Source of the DNA: Octopus sinensis
Lineage: Eukaryota
Length of the DNA: 64,000 nucleotides
Assembly: GCF_006345805.1 (NCBI RefSeq)
Contig: NC_042998.1
Location: 79,236,001-79,300,000, forward strand
Reading direction: 5' to 3'
Positions 52,476 through 64,000 of the stretch are shown here, piece after piece. The notes beneath the pieces were generated by a model. It made no database searches. It saw only the letters and a program-made list of their open reading frames with translations, and was not told where the DNA came from. The position numbers and the translations under genes are program-made. Every line of letters begins with the position of its first letter. The stretch's first letter is position 1.

Positions 52476-52739
52476 CGACACCATCAGCGCCACCACCATT
52501 ACTATCATTACCACCAACAGCATCACCATTGCCTTTACCATCACTGCATTCATTCATCGTAATCATTATTCTCGTTGCCTTTATATCAATGACCATAGCC
52601 ACCACAATCACTTTTACTGAAGATTCCACCACAAATCATTATTACCACAAGAACTTTATTCCTATATCTGCCATTACCATCGTTAACACAACAATCGTGT
52701 CTACCATCTCTACTACCACCACAACCATTAGCGCTTATT

Positions 52740-53110
52740 ATTGATTTCAAATTTTGGTACAAGGCCAGCAATTTCAACTGGTACATATTCTAACGACCCT
52801 GAAAGAATGAAAAGCAAAGTCAACATCAGCGGCATTTAAACTCAAAACATAAGGTCAGTCAAAATGGCGCAAAGTATTTTGTTTAGCGCTTATTATTGAT
52901 TTCAAAGTTTTAGCACGAGGCCAGCAATATTGGAGGTGGATGAAGTCGATTACATCGACCCCAGGGCTCAACTGATAATTATTTTATAGACCCCGTAAGG
53001 ATGAAAGGCAAAGTAACCTCAGTGGAATTTGAACCCAGAACGTAATGACGGACGAAATGCTTCTAAGCATTTTGCCCAGCATGCTAACGATTCTGCCAGC
53101 TCGCCGCCTT
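52740..53110 (-). mobile_element. Two tandem SINE family B copies
   Basis: 'gcgcttattattgatttcaaa' precedes both copies. Confidence 0.7.
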
Positions 53111-54852
53111 GTTTAACACTAATAACTAATGCCATAAAAATCACTATATTTAGCACAAATATAAATAAATACAACTAACTCCATTTTCATCAACAACATT
53201 CCCCACATCAGCACCACTGCCATCCCTATAAGCAATAACTTGAACACTACTGTCCAATGAAAAGTCCCAAAAGCGGGTGGGGCTCTCGACTTGCAAGAAC
53301 TAGCAACCGATTTCCTCTCAAATCACGCCCTGCAATCAAATGCAGTTGTTGACAATTTACGACGAGCGTAACTTTCTGAGTGGCACACCAAGCGAAATGT
53401 TTCCTTCAGTTTTTTGTTTCTTTTTTTTGGGGGGGGGTAATAGTGCGACCTACATGATGAACCATATCTCATGCGGTTCACCTCTCGAAAAAGGGTTGCC
53501 CATGCTCTGGTCTACTGTAAGGACTGGGTATATTAGATAATGTAATACTATATACTCTCAAAACCACAAGATGGGCCTTGATAAGAATGCCTTTGATCAG
53601 ATGATTTTGCGATCATGGTTGACCTAGGGTCAAACAACAACAGCAATAATTCTCTCTAAATCTGTAACCTCTGTCTTTTTTGTTAAGACGACAAAGTGTG
53701 ATCTGAGGGAGAGTTGGCTGCTGCTTCTAAAATGTCGATCGTTCGTATAAAACTCTTTCGACTGGTATAAGGGGACTTTTACATGGTCATTCTAAAATCA
53801 ACAGGTAAATAACGCCAAAATTACACTCTACTGTCTTTTTTTTTTTTTTTGAAAAATAAAAGACATATTGGATAATGTAGTCCTAGACGTGTTTATCCAT
53901 GGGTGATCGATTATCATTATGTCTTTAGCTATGTGATTGACTGAGTTTGATATGTCCTTGGATTGCTGATGCGACCGACTCTGGCACGGAAATAACTTTG
54001 CACATGTATGCTGAATAACTTTATTCTTGATGGAATTTTATATACGAGTAGGAGGGCCTTGGCTACAGCTGAAAAGCCTTTGATCGTAGATGCGCTCGAC
54101 CAGGGTTGACTTGGTATTTAAACGGTGACATCAATATCAACTGCTGTTTCTATCAACAGAACGATTTCCAGCGTTAACACAACCACCACCACTATAACGA
54201 TGCTCACAAACTATGGTGCTACAAATGCCATATAACAACATCATCGCCACAACAAATCAACGATGAAGCACTTACATAGATGCTTCTAGAAATAGCAGCT
54301 AACGCTTCTGCAAATCACACCCAACCGTGTTAAAACAAACTGGATAATGCAGACTGAGATGCGCTTTATCTAAAAAGAAAAAAAAACCGAGATGGTTACA
54401 GCTGGAATAGATCTGCTTGATACGGATTACTTGATAATGCTTAATAACATCTCTTTACCGAACAAACGCCACAATATCAACACTACTAGAAAAACAAGAT
54501 TAATAAGTGCTATGACTATTATCACCACCAACAACAACAATAACGCCTATGACAATAACAATAACAACAACAGCAGAAATCCTTTGTTTGTTTTATTCTT
54601 TTCGAGGAGAAATGACAGAAAGAAATAATCAAGTTCCCATCACTTTTCAATCAACCCACGCTAAAGACAGGAGATGAGGCGAAGGGAAAACGGAAGATGG
54701 AAAAGAAGACAATCCTTCAGTGGTTTATTTACATGGCGTCTTGTTTGGAAGTCTTCGTCGAACTTCTGTTTCAGCACACGCATATTCACACGACCTGCAT
54801 GATTATATAATATATATATATATTAATACCACACACAAACACACACACATAT

Positions 54853-54983
<131 letters not shown>

Positions 54984-55012
54984 TATTATATACATACACA
55001 CACACACACACA

Positions 55013-55048
<36 letters not shown>

Positions 55049-55213
55049 ATACGTGTGTGAGTATTGTGTGTTATATATGTTTGTGTATGTATAACTATAT
55101 AAATGTATATATATATATATATCGAATATACTATGTGTGCATATGAGAGTATGTATATGTAAATATGTGCTTACGTGGTGGTGTGTGTGTGAGTGTGTGT
55201 ATGTGTGCGTGTA

Positions 55214-55244
<31 letters not shown>

Positions 55245-55420
55245 TACGTGTGTGAGTATTGTGTGTATAAATATGTTTGTGTATGTGTAACTATATAAAT
55301 GTATATATATATATCAAATATACTATGTGTGCATATGAGAGTATGTATATGTAAATATGTGCTTACGTGTGTGTGTGTGTGTGTGTGAGTGTGTGTATGT
55401 GTGCGTGTATGTGTGTGTGG

Positions 55421-55457
<37 letters not shown>

Positions 55458-55611
55458 CGTGTGTGAGTATTGTATGTATCAATATGTTTGTGTATGTTAA
55501 CTATATAAATGTATATATATATATCGAATATACTATGTGTGCATATGAGAGTATGTATATGTAAATATGTGCTTACGTGTGTGTGTATTGTGAGTGTGTG
55601 TGTATGTGTGA

Positions 55612-55642
<31 letters not shown>

Positions 55643-55786
55643 CATGTGTGAGTATTGTATGTATAAATATGTTTGTGTATGTGTAACTATATAAATGTAT
55701 ATATATATATTGAATATACTGTGTGCATATGAGAGTATGTATATGTAAATATGTGCTTACGTGTGTGTGTGAGTGTGTGTGTGTGT

Positions 55787-55845
<59 letters not shown>
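55049..55845. repeat. Four-copy ~200-bp minisatellite built from microsatellite-like sequence
   Basis: Anchor 'gtgtgagtattgt...actatataaatgtata...tgcatatgagagtatgtatatgtaaatatgtgcttacgtg' occurs four times. Confidence 0.8.
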
Positions 55846-56535
55846 ATACATACAAGCACACACACACAAACATTGTTGAAGCAAAAGTAATCAAGATCAT
55901 AGTGATTCTGGTGTTATGGCGTGTTATAATGGTCGAGTACAAACAAAAGCGGACGAAGATGGTGAGCTCGATAAAGTGACTGCCCGCCTTTCAGTCTATC
56001 AACCAATAAGGGATTGACAGTTCATGTCCACTCATTGCTGCTCGGTTAGTTCACATGCAGACGATTTTGAGAGTGACAGAATTAATAGAGAGCGACGGAC
56101 AAAATGGTTTGCCGTTTGAAGTTACGTCCCTTTTACATTCCGAGTTCAAATACCATCAGGCTCGTCTTTGAATTTCATTATCTTGGGATCGAAAAAATTA
56201 AGCAGCATTGAAGGACTGGGATCGGGCGATTGAAAGAATATACTCCCTTAACATTCGTGGCCTGGTCCCTATGTAATAATTTATTACTGTGTCTGAAGCA
56301 ACGCTACTGCTTCACATGCAAACATCCTAGATCACGAACTCACGTATATATATTCAGTATATATATTGTTTATATATATGTATATATTAATATTACTAAG
56401 GAATATCACCGGTGCCTGGCACATTGGGGAAAAAAACAGCCGATACGCCATATCAAATTGTTTGAGAAGTTCTGCCCTATTGGATCTTACATCCGTTTGC
56501 CTTCTTTTTATCACATAGGACTTGTACTTGATACC

Positions 56536-56762
56536 TATTTCTTTATTACCCACAAGGGGCTAACCCGAGGGGACAAACAAGGACAGACATAGGTATTATG
56601 TCGATTACATCGACCCCAGTGCGTACTGTACTTAATTTATCGACCCCGAAAGGATGAAAGGAAAAGTCGACCCTCGGCGGAATTTTGAACTCACAACGTA
56701 ACGGCAGACAAATACCGCTAAGCATTTCGCCCGGCGTGCTAACGTTTCTGCCAGCTCGCCGC
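56536..56762 (-). mobile_element. SINE family B with 15-bp target-site duplication
   Basis: CTTGTACTTGATACC at 56521-56535 and 56763-56777. Confidence 0.85.
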
Positions 56763-57255
56763 CTTGTACTTGATACCGTTGCGCACCACATATCTGATAG
56801 TGGACTTGGTCCGCTTCCGATGGCCCTCCTCGGCCTGCTATAGGGTTGTTGCTGATGAATCACCTATAGAACGACCTGGACCGCCCTTGTGCGACTGATA
56901 GCTAAGGTTTCTTTTTCCTCGTCACAGATGACGTCCCAACAGAAGCCGTCCGCTCTTACCCGACTTTGAACACGAAAAACCTGACCCCAGTCAAAAGATC
57001 GCAATGTCTGAGTTGCTGGTGCTAGAGCTACCAGCATTACTTAACTTTTCATTTTCTGCTTCAAATTGCAATTTTCTATGTTGATGTTGTCGATAAGTCT
57101 GGAAAAGAAATGAGAAAGTTAAAATTTGGTGCATGCCTAATAACTTTACGTTGGACCGTCTTCCACTTATGACCCGTAAATTTTTTTTATCACAAATACC
57201 CGGTGAACCCATTGCACAAATGCGTGTGCATGTGTATGTGTGTGTGTGTGTGTGT

Positions 57256-57297
<42 letters not shown>

Positions 57298-57329
57298 CGT
57301 GTGTGTGTGTAACATTTAGTTTAATATTT

Positions 57330-57530
57330 CGGTCCTTGTGCCCAGAGTAGAAAAGGTTATTGACTATAACTAAGTCGGCGAGCAGGCAAATCGTAGCACG
57401 CCGAGATCGACTTTGCTTTTCATCCTTTCGGGGTCGATAAATTGAGTACCAGATGCGTAGTGGTGTCGATCTAATCAACTTTCACATTCCCCCGAAATTT
57501 CAGGCCTTTTGCCTTAAGTAAAAAGGGTTA
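57330..57530 (+). mobile_element. Decayed SINE family B
   Basis: Family B core present. Confidence 0.65.
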
Positions 57531-57982
57531 TCAACTATAACTACTGTATTACGATGGGTCAAATATCACGGCAGAGTAACTCTACATATCATTCGCGTCT
57601 GGTTATTGAACAACCAGCTACCATTTATCTGCATGGACATGGACTCTTCATCTCTCTCTCAATATATACACACATGTACGTATATATATATGTATATACA
57701 TATATATATATATATTGAGAGAGAGAGATAGATACATACATACAACCATACATGCATACATACATATATATGCATACACACACATAAATATATACACATA
57801 CATTGACACACATATAAATATAAGTATACCAATATACATAAATAGATAAAAATCAGTGTTATACATAAAACACAGTGAATTTACAGTTATAAAACATTGA
57901 TGTAATTAAAAATTTGAGTTGATAAAACATTAAAAGGACGTATTAAAATCCTCCGAAAAATAATACAAAAATTTAAAGTTCT

Positions 57983-58061
57983 ATCTACGGCCGTTTCAGA
58001 GACATGCCAAGTAATATGATGTATTTCATATTTTCAAAACTGACACTCCTTTCATCAGGAT
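57983..58061 (-). ncRNA. Type I hammerhead ribozyme with long stem II
   Basis: On the minus strand: ATC-CTGATGA-[AAGGAG TGTCA...TGGCA TG TCTCT]-GAAA-CGGCCGT-A-GAT; palindromic ACGGCCGT; triplet GUA. Confidence 0.6.
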
Positions 58062-58320
58062 GTTTTTGCACACAATATACCTGAGGGACCTGCATGGTGT
58101 AGATGCGGATGTCTTTAAAGTAGGACTGGATCTCTTCCTGTCAGTGTCCCGGATGACCAACTTCACGGCAGAGGTGCAGATGAGGCAGCTGCATCGAACT
58201 CTCTCATGCACCAAATGGCAGTTGCTAACAAAGCATTCGTGAGGTAAAATCATGTAGCAAACCAAATGGCGGTGCCCCAGCATGGTCACAGCTCATGAGC
58301 TGAAACTGGAAAAATCAAAT
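58062..58320 (+). mobile_element. CR1/L2-group LINE 3' end
   Basis: LRDLHGVDADVFKVGLDLFL...QMR..ASNSL, then a 3' UTR sharing the family A SINE tail motif. Confidence 0.65.
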
Positions 58321-58335
58321 CATATAGATATATAT

Positions 58336-58377
<42 letters not shown>

Positions 58378-58891
58378 TATATATATATAATATGTATATT
58401 ATGTATATATATATACAGTGTACATTAAGTCCTATTACGCTAGAAAGAACATTTAAAGTCCAAACCACTAATTAGGCATAAATTCTCGAAGGGAATGAAA
58501 AATAAAACATTTACCATGTATTTCCTGGGCCATGGTTTCTGACTTATTTTAGTAAATAAAAATTATTATTTACCAGGCGAAGTCTTTATCAACAGGGACG
58601 TCATAGATTAAATATATAAACAACGAGACCAATCCAGCATGTGTCTCATCGCTTATACATTTAAATTGTTTTCAAATCCACTGCGCAGTCGCATCTTTTT
58701 TGTCGGCAGCAGGAAAATGGCGGCAAAAATCTTCGAACGAATCTACCAGAAATCATTATACATAATTAATAATATCAGGGTAATAAAAATTTTAGAAATT
58801 TTTACTACCAGTGGCCTAGCGTAAAAAAATGAGTCAATAGACTATATATTATTCATATAAAATACAGTGTACATTAAAACACATTAAGAGG

Positions 58892-58927
<36 letters not shown>

Positions 58928-59445
58928 ATATAAACTGTCCGATGAACGGCAACGGGAAACTCAGAGTAACAGGTTTTGTTGAATTTTTCTGCTGCTGCTT
59001 TAAATAAAGCATATTACTCTCACCACTGGTATTTGAGTACTCTTTTTTCCACCTTGTTTCACATTTATGTGTTTATTCCGGTATATATATATATTATATA
59101 TATATATTATATATATATAATATATATAATTATATATATATATATACTGTATGATGATATAATATATGAACACAAACACAAACATGTGGCATATATAATA
59201 ACATTGTGTGTGCATACATATACACACATTCGTACATACAATCTACACGCATACATATACAAACACACCTACATAGACGCACAAACACACACACACATAT
59301 ATATATACACATACTTACGCATTAATAGAAATAAATTGTGTGTGTGTGTGTGTATGCGTACATACATATTGATATCTATTTTTTATACTTCTATATTCAC
59401 CCTTATATAAACGCAGTACTTCATATTTACATACACACACACACA

Positions 59446-59478
<33 letters not shown>

Positions 59479-59769
59479 TTCTCTCATACACACACATACA
59501 CACACATATTTAACTATGGAACTTCGGAATACGTATGTTTTTACATTTATGTATTTGTATATACACATATACACGGTCCATTATCTTGATCCCCACATAA
59601 GGTTTTTGTATATATAACGGATATTAAATATTAATGAAATCCTTAAGATGACGTCACTAATGAGTTTACGAACACACATAATATTTTCTATGCGTACTCT
59701 GTGATCTTTCACCTTTCTAACTATGGAGATCAGTATAAGAATCTTCGACTATAACATACCAGATCTCAT

Positions 59770-60100
59770 CAAAGATGTATGCATGTGTGTATGACTGTCT
59801 GTCTGTCTGTATGTATGTATGTATGTATGTATGTATGTATGTATGTTGTATGTGTGTATGTATGTATGTATGTATGTAGTATGTATGTATGTATGTATGT
59901 ATGTATGTAGTATTATGTATGTATGTATGTGTATGTATGTGTGTATGTATGTTATGTGTGTGTTGTGGATGTATGTATGTATGTATGCATGTATGTATGT
60001 ATGTATGTATGTATGTATGTATGTATGTATGTATGTGTGTGAATATCTGTATGTATGCAAGCATGCGCGTGTCTGTGTATGTATGTATATGTATGTATTA
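59770..60100. repeat. (TATG)n microsatellite
   Basis: Direct read. Confidence 0.9.
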
Positions 60101-60377
60101 ATTCTATAGCGACTACTTAATATTTTTTTCATTCTTCACGTAGCTTATACTAGTTAAATTTAATTAATGCATTTACCTTATTTAATTCACTTAATTTTTT
60201 TTTTACTCCTTTATACTTCACTTTATACTATTAACATAGTATTTTCTTAACTCAAACTGGACTTACATTTTCACAACTATTTTTATAGCTGACACCGTAT
60301 ATAACCTTATTCAAATTAACTCTCTATCCTATGGCCTTCATCCGAACATTTTTTATAAATTGTCTGCCCACCCACCC

Positions 60378-60427
<50 letters not shown>

Positions 60428-60673
60428 CACACACACCGTGCTTGAATCACAACGCTCCTCTAAGGTTTGGTTATCGATCGCCACTGTGTTGGATGACTAT
60501 CCTGTCGCGGAGACATCGAAGCAACCTCGTATTTGTTTATAAGACGACTGCTTGACACTCAGAAATGTTTGACTAACGCCAGTATAATAGTATAATACAG
60601 AATGCTGTGAGTGACTTTTACCTGAGAATCTACCTTAAGAATGTAAAAATATGAAACAAAGCTATGTAGGCCT

Positions 60674-60768
60674 ATAGGCCGACTTACGACCAAGTCGACT
60701 TACGACCAAGTCGACTTACGACCAGTCAGTCGAAACCAACTGTGGTCGTAAGTCGACGACGACCTGTA
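60674..60768. mobile_element. Tiny pogo/Tigger-like MITE
   Basis: The right end ggtcgtaagtcgacgacgacctg|TA matches Tigger-type TIRs; the left motif gacttacgaccaagtc is repeated about three times. Confidence 0.55.
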
Positions 60769-61179
60769 TATCGACTCGCGCATTGATGAACCACTTTTAG
60801 TTATTCATTGATAAGCAGCTACAATACTTATTTCTGGTTTAGTCACAATTCAGGTCGAAGTTTTAGGTGGTAAGCCAACTTGAGCCTTTATTGTATATCC
60901 TTATTATATTATGTCATTTGATGCAATTTTATTTGTACTCTTTATATATATGTAGACACACACAGACACACACACATATATATATATATATGCATGAATT
61001 TCCATATATACATATTTATATATACATACGTGTATACATATTTATACGCATACATGCCTCTAAATCATATCATACTTTGAGGGTTATGTATTTATAATCC
61101 AAAGCCCAGATATTACTATAAATTACATTAAAAACAAAAGAGACAGTGAAGCCCTTAGGTCCCAAAAATCCAACCGGAA

Positions 61180-61800
61180 TGCCGAATATGTCGCTTTTCT
61201 CTGACAGACATCATACACGTGATTAGCAGTTGCCCCAAAATCTCATCACCTCCCTGTGTGACATGACAGTGTTGCTAAAACAATAAATCAATGCCATCTG
61301 AAAAATTGACAATCGTGGAATAAATATAGAGTATTTCCTTGTCATTGAATACATACACAAGCATTCCCATCAAAACTTCTAACAAGTGCAAACGTAACAT
61401 GGCGAATATTGCTGTTGGGACACACAAGAAACTGCCCTGATGATGGAAATATCTCTTCGAAAATCAAAGAGAAAGGGGATAGCTGTGGACAACTGCTTCG
61501 AAACGTTCAGATTCTATACCCAGATTATAAATTTACAATTTATACTACAAATAAATGTTGCACTTGGTTTTGTTCGTAAATGCCTAAATGGCGATTTGGA
61601 AAAGCTAAGGTTTTCAGAAGAAGAAATCAACTAGCTGACATGCACATTACAACTACAATCTGTAAGCAAGACACTAAAAACATGCAAGACAGTTTTCAAG
61701 TTCAAAAGATGTTGATTTTCTTATCTGCGTTCCAACATAGAGCATTGTGTTTTGCCAGAAACCATCTCCTTCCTCACAAGAAGACTTCAAACAACTAAAA
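61180..61800 (+). mobile_element. Decayed R4-type CCHC/RLE fragment
   Basis: DIIHVISSCPKIS...RHDSVAK-like segment; related to 62290-63250. Confidence 0.55.
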
Positions 61801-62155
61801 TCACAAGAGAATGTACGTACGTACATACATACATGTATGCATGCATATACACTCATAGTTATGCGTGCGCCTGCATGTACTTACATATAGGATGATATAC
61901 ATACATATGCATACATATGCACACATAAGCAAATGTATGTACATTTTCATTTTTCATACATGTATATGCTTGCACCATGCGTACAAACATACTGTATTCG
62001 TACTTACACATCAGGTGCGCATTTGCATACATACTACATACATGCAAACAGACAGACAGACAGATAAATAGATAGACATAATACATCAATACACACACAT
62101 ACATACATACATACATACATACATACATACATACGTACATACATACACACACACA

Positions 62156-62187
<32 letters not shown>

Positions 62188-62289
62188 CATACATACACAC
62201 ACACACATACATGCATACATACATATACATACATACATACATACATACATACATACATACATACATACATACATACATACATACATACA

Positions 62290-63250
62290 TACATACACAC
62301 ATACCAGTGCAGATGACCTTCGAATGTCGTATAGTCTCTCTCATGGAGCATTTGCTAAACAAAAGCAGCAAAAGTAAATACATAAACATAGTGCTAAAAA
62401 GCGACGAGAACAACATCCCGCGAGTTACCATCGAACTTCCTAGGAAGCACTCTCTTCCTGTTGACCTCCCATTAAATCCAAACCAGCTGAACTAACATAC
62501 CTCAAGGAAGACCTGGATGTGAAACACTCGACATACAAAAAAAGAAAGAGAAAGACTACACAGCGCCATGTTTTCCGAAGAATTGAAGAAGTCAGTGATG
62601 TCTACAAGAAGCGCAGCTTCTGTTGGACTCTTGGCCGCTACATCACATCACACTTTGAAGGCTATGCATTGGCAGTACAAGAACAGGAGAATGCTACGAA
62701 ATACCTAATAAATATAAGAGATAGTGAAGTCCTTGGAGTGTCAAGATGCAACAAGAATATGGATCATATCATAATTATGTGGAAGACATCTCACATGTGG
62801 TTAGTAACTACCTAAAAATGTCATCAAGCGACTACTTCTCTATGTGACAAGATGTTGTTGCAAGAACAACATAAAATGCCATTCGGAAAAAATGACTGTC
62901 CTGGAATAAATATAGAGAATCCCCCTGTTATTGAATACATTCGCAAGCATCAACACAAGGAATATTAGTGAAACATTCCCATCAAAACTCCTGTCAAGTG
63001 TAAATATAAACGGCCGGATGTTGCTGTTTAAGACAGACAAGAAAAAAGTATGCAGTTGTCCTGTTCATGTGAATATCTCTTTGGAAATCGAAGAGAAAGA
63101 GGGTAACTATAGACAACTGCTTTCAAACCTCCAGCTTCAATATCTAGAGTATAAATTCACATCTATTCCAATAATAATTGGCATCTTTTTCTGGATATGC
63201 TAGCATTTTCAGATAAAGAAATCAACCAGCTCACGCATTACATATAAAAA
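62290..63250 (+). mobile_element. Decayed R4-type RT C-terminus/CCHC/RLE fragment
   Basis: FEGYALAVQEQENATKYL...RPDVAV-like segment...PIIIG. Confidence 0.6.
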
Positions 63251-63529
63251 CTGTAAGTTAAAAAGTAAAAATATGCATGACTTTTATCTATTTCAGAATG
63301 TGTCGTTGTTTTTGTTATCTATATTCCAATGACAAAACTTTGTATCTTTATTAGAAACCCGCTCCTTCCTAACAGGAAAACACTGAATAATTAAAAACAG
63401 TAGAGAACATCATACATACATATACAATGAAATTACAAAGAATATTTGATGCAAAGATTCAGAGGGTCTAAAAGTTTAATATGTGAAAAACCTGGATAAA
63501 GTGGTCAGTTTAAAAGATGGATTATAACA

Positions 63530-63730
63530 ATCCAAAGGTGCATACACTATTAGGAGCTTCCTCTGCAATGAAGTTCTGGCTGTGGGGAGGAAACTTAGGG
63601 GATGGTGAGATCAATTTCTGAATCAGGTAGCATGGTGTGCTCTGTTGTCTCAATGGTCCTGTGGGTAAAGACATGGACAGCGCAACACATATACCCCTTG
63701 GGCAAAGGATCAATCTTGGCCCATACTGAT
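63530..63730 (-). mobile_element. Decayed CR1/L2-group 3' fragment
   Basis: YGPRL...APNSV resembles the 58062-58320 family. Confidence 0.35.
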
Positions 63731-64000
63731 TGTTTTTTTTTCTATACAAAAAAAAAATGATAATAATAATCAAACGGATGTAAACAATCCGTTTGGCTTT
63801 AAAGTTTTTTTTTCGTTCAATGGACATTTAAGCTAATGTGTATACAGGAATACACACTTTTGTGAGTGTGCAGGAGTGTACGGTTATTCGATCATAGAGG
63901 CAACTATAAGTGCATATTTGCGTATGTCTGTCAGTCAGTCTGTTTGTCCGTTGGTCTGTATGTATGTATGTATGCCTGCATGTATATATGAGTGTATGGC

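Noticed and set aside
56845-56880. CTGATGA inside a ctatagg/cctatag hairpin
   Set aside because: Followed by GAAC rather than GAAA, with no three-way junction.
60681-60725. CRISPR-like 16-bp repeats
   Set aside because: Head-to-tail with no spacers, eukaryotic context and no cas genes; better explained as transposon terminal motifs.
61437-61465. Hammerhead-like CTGATGA...GAAA
   Set aside because: No stem II closing pair and no stem III or I; it lies inside R4 nuclease coding remnant.

Overview
AT-rich, repeat-saturated eukaryotic DNA. The SINE families and the extreme microsatellite load resemble an octopus/cephalopod genome; this is recognition from memory, not a database result. I found no confidently identifiable host protein-coding gene, and most ORFs in the supplied track are microsatellite or antisense artefacts. 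The window holds five main groups. (1) A full-length L1/Tx1-clade LINE on the minus strand (4101-9727) with (GATA)n on both sides. Its ORF1 frame has no ATG for its first 141 codons and could be completed by removing a putative 196-nt intron; its ORF2 (APE-RT-CCHC) is broken by frameshifts. (2) A 5'-truncated R4/Dong-type RT+restriction-like-endonuclease LINE (26040-28574) and about eight more fragments, most in fixed orientation against (TAA)n, plus a ~550-bp non-coding element in the same niche. (3) Several type I hammerhead ribozymes with palindromic stem III (best 41803-41847; also 343-395, 57983-58061 and a degenerate one at 39163-39222), a Penelope GIY-YIG fragment, and several long foldback elements next to (TA)n. 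(4) Many tRNA-derived SINEs and CR1/RTE LINE remnants. (5) Mariner, Merlin, Tigger, hAT and Helentron-like remnants. The main theme is that different retroelement clades appear to occupy different microsatellite targets.
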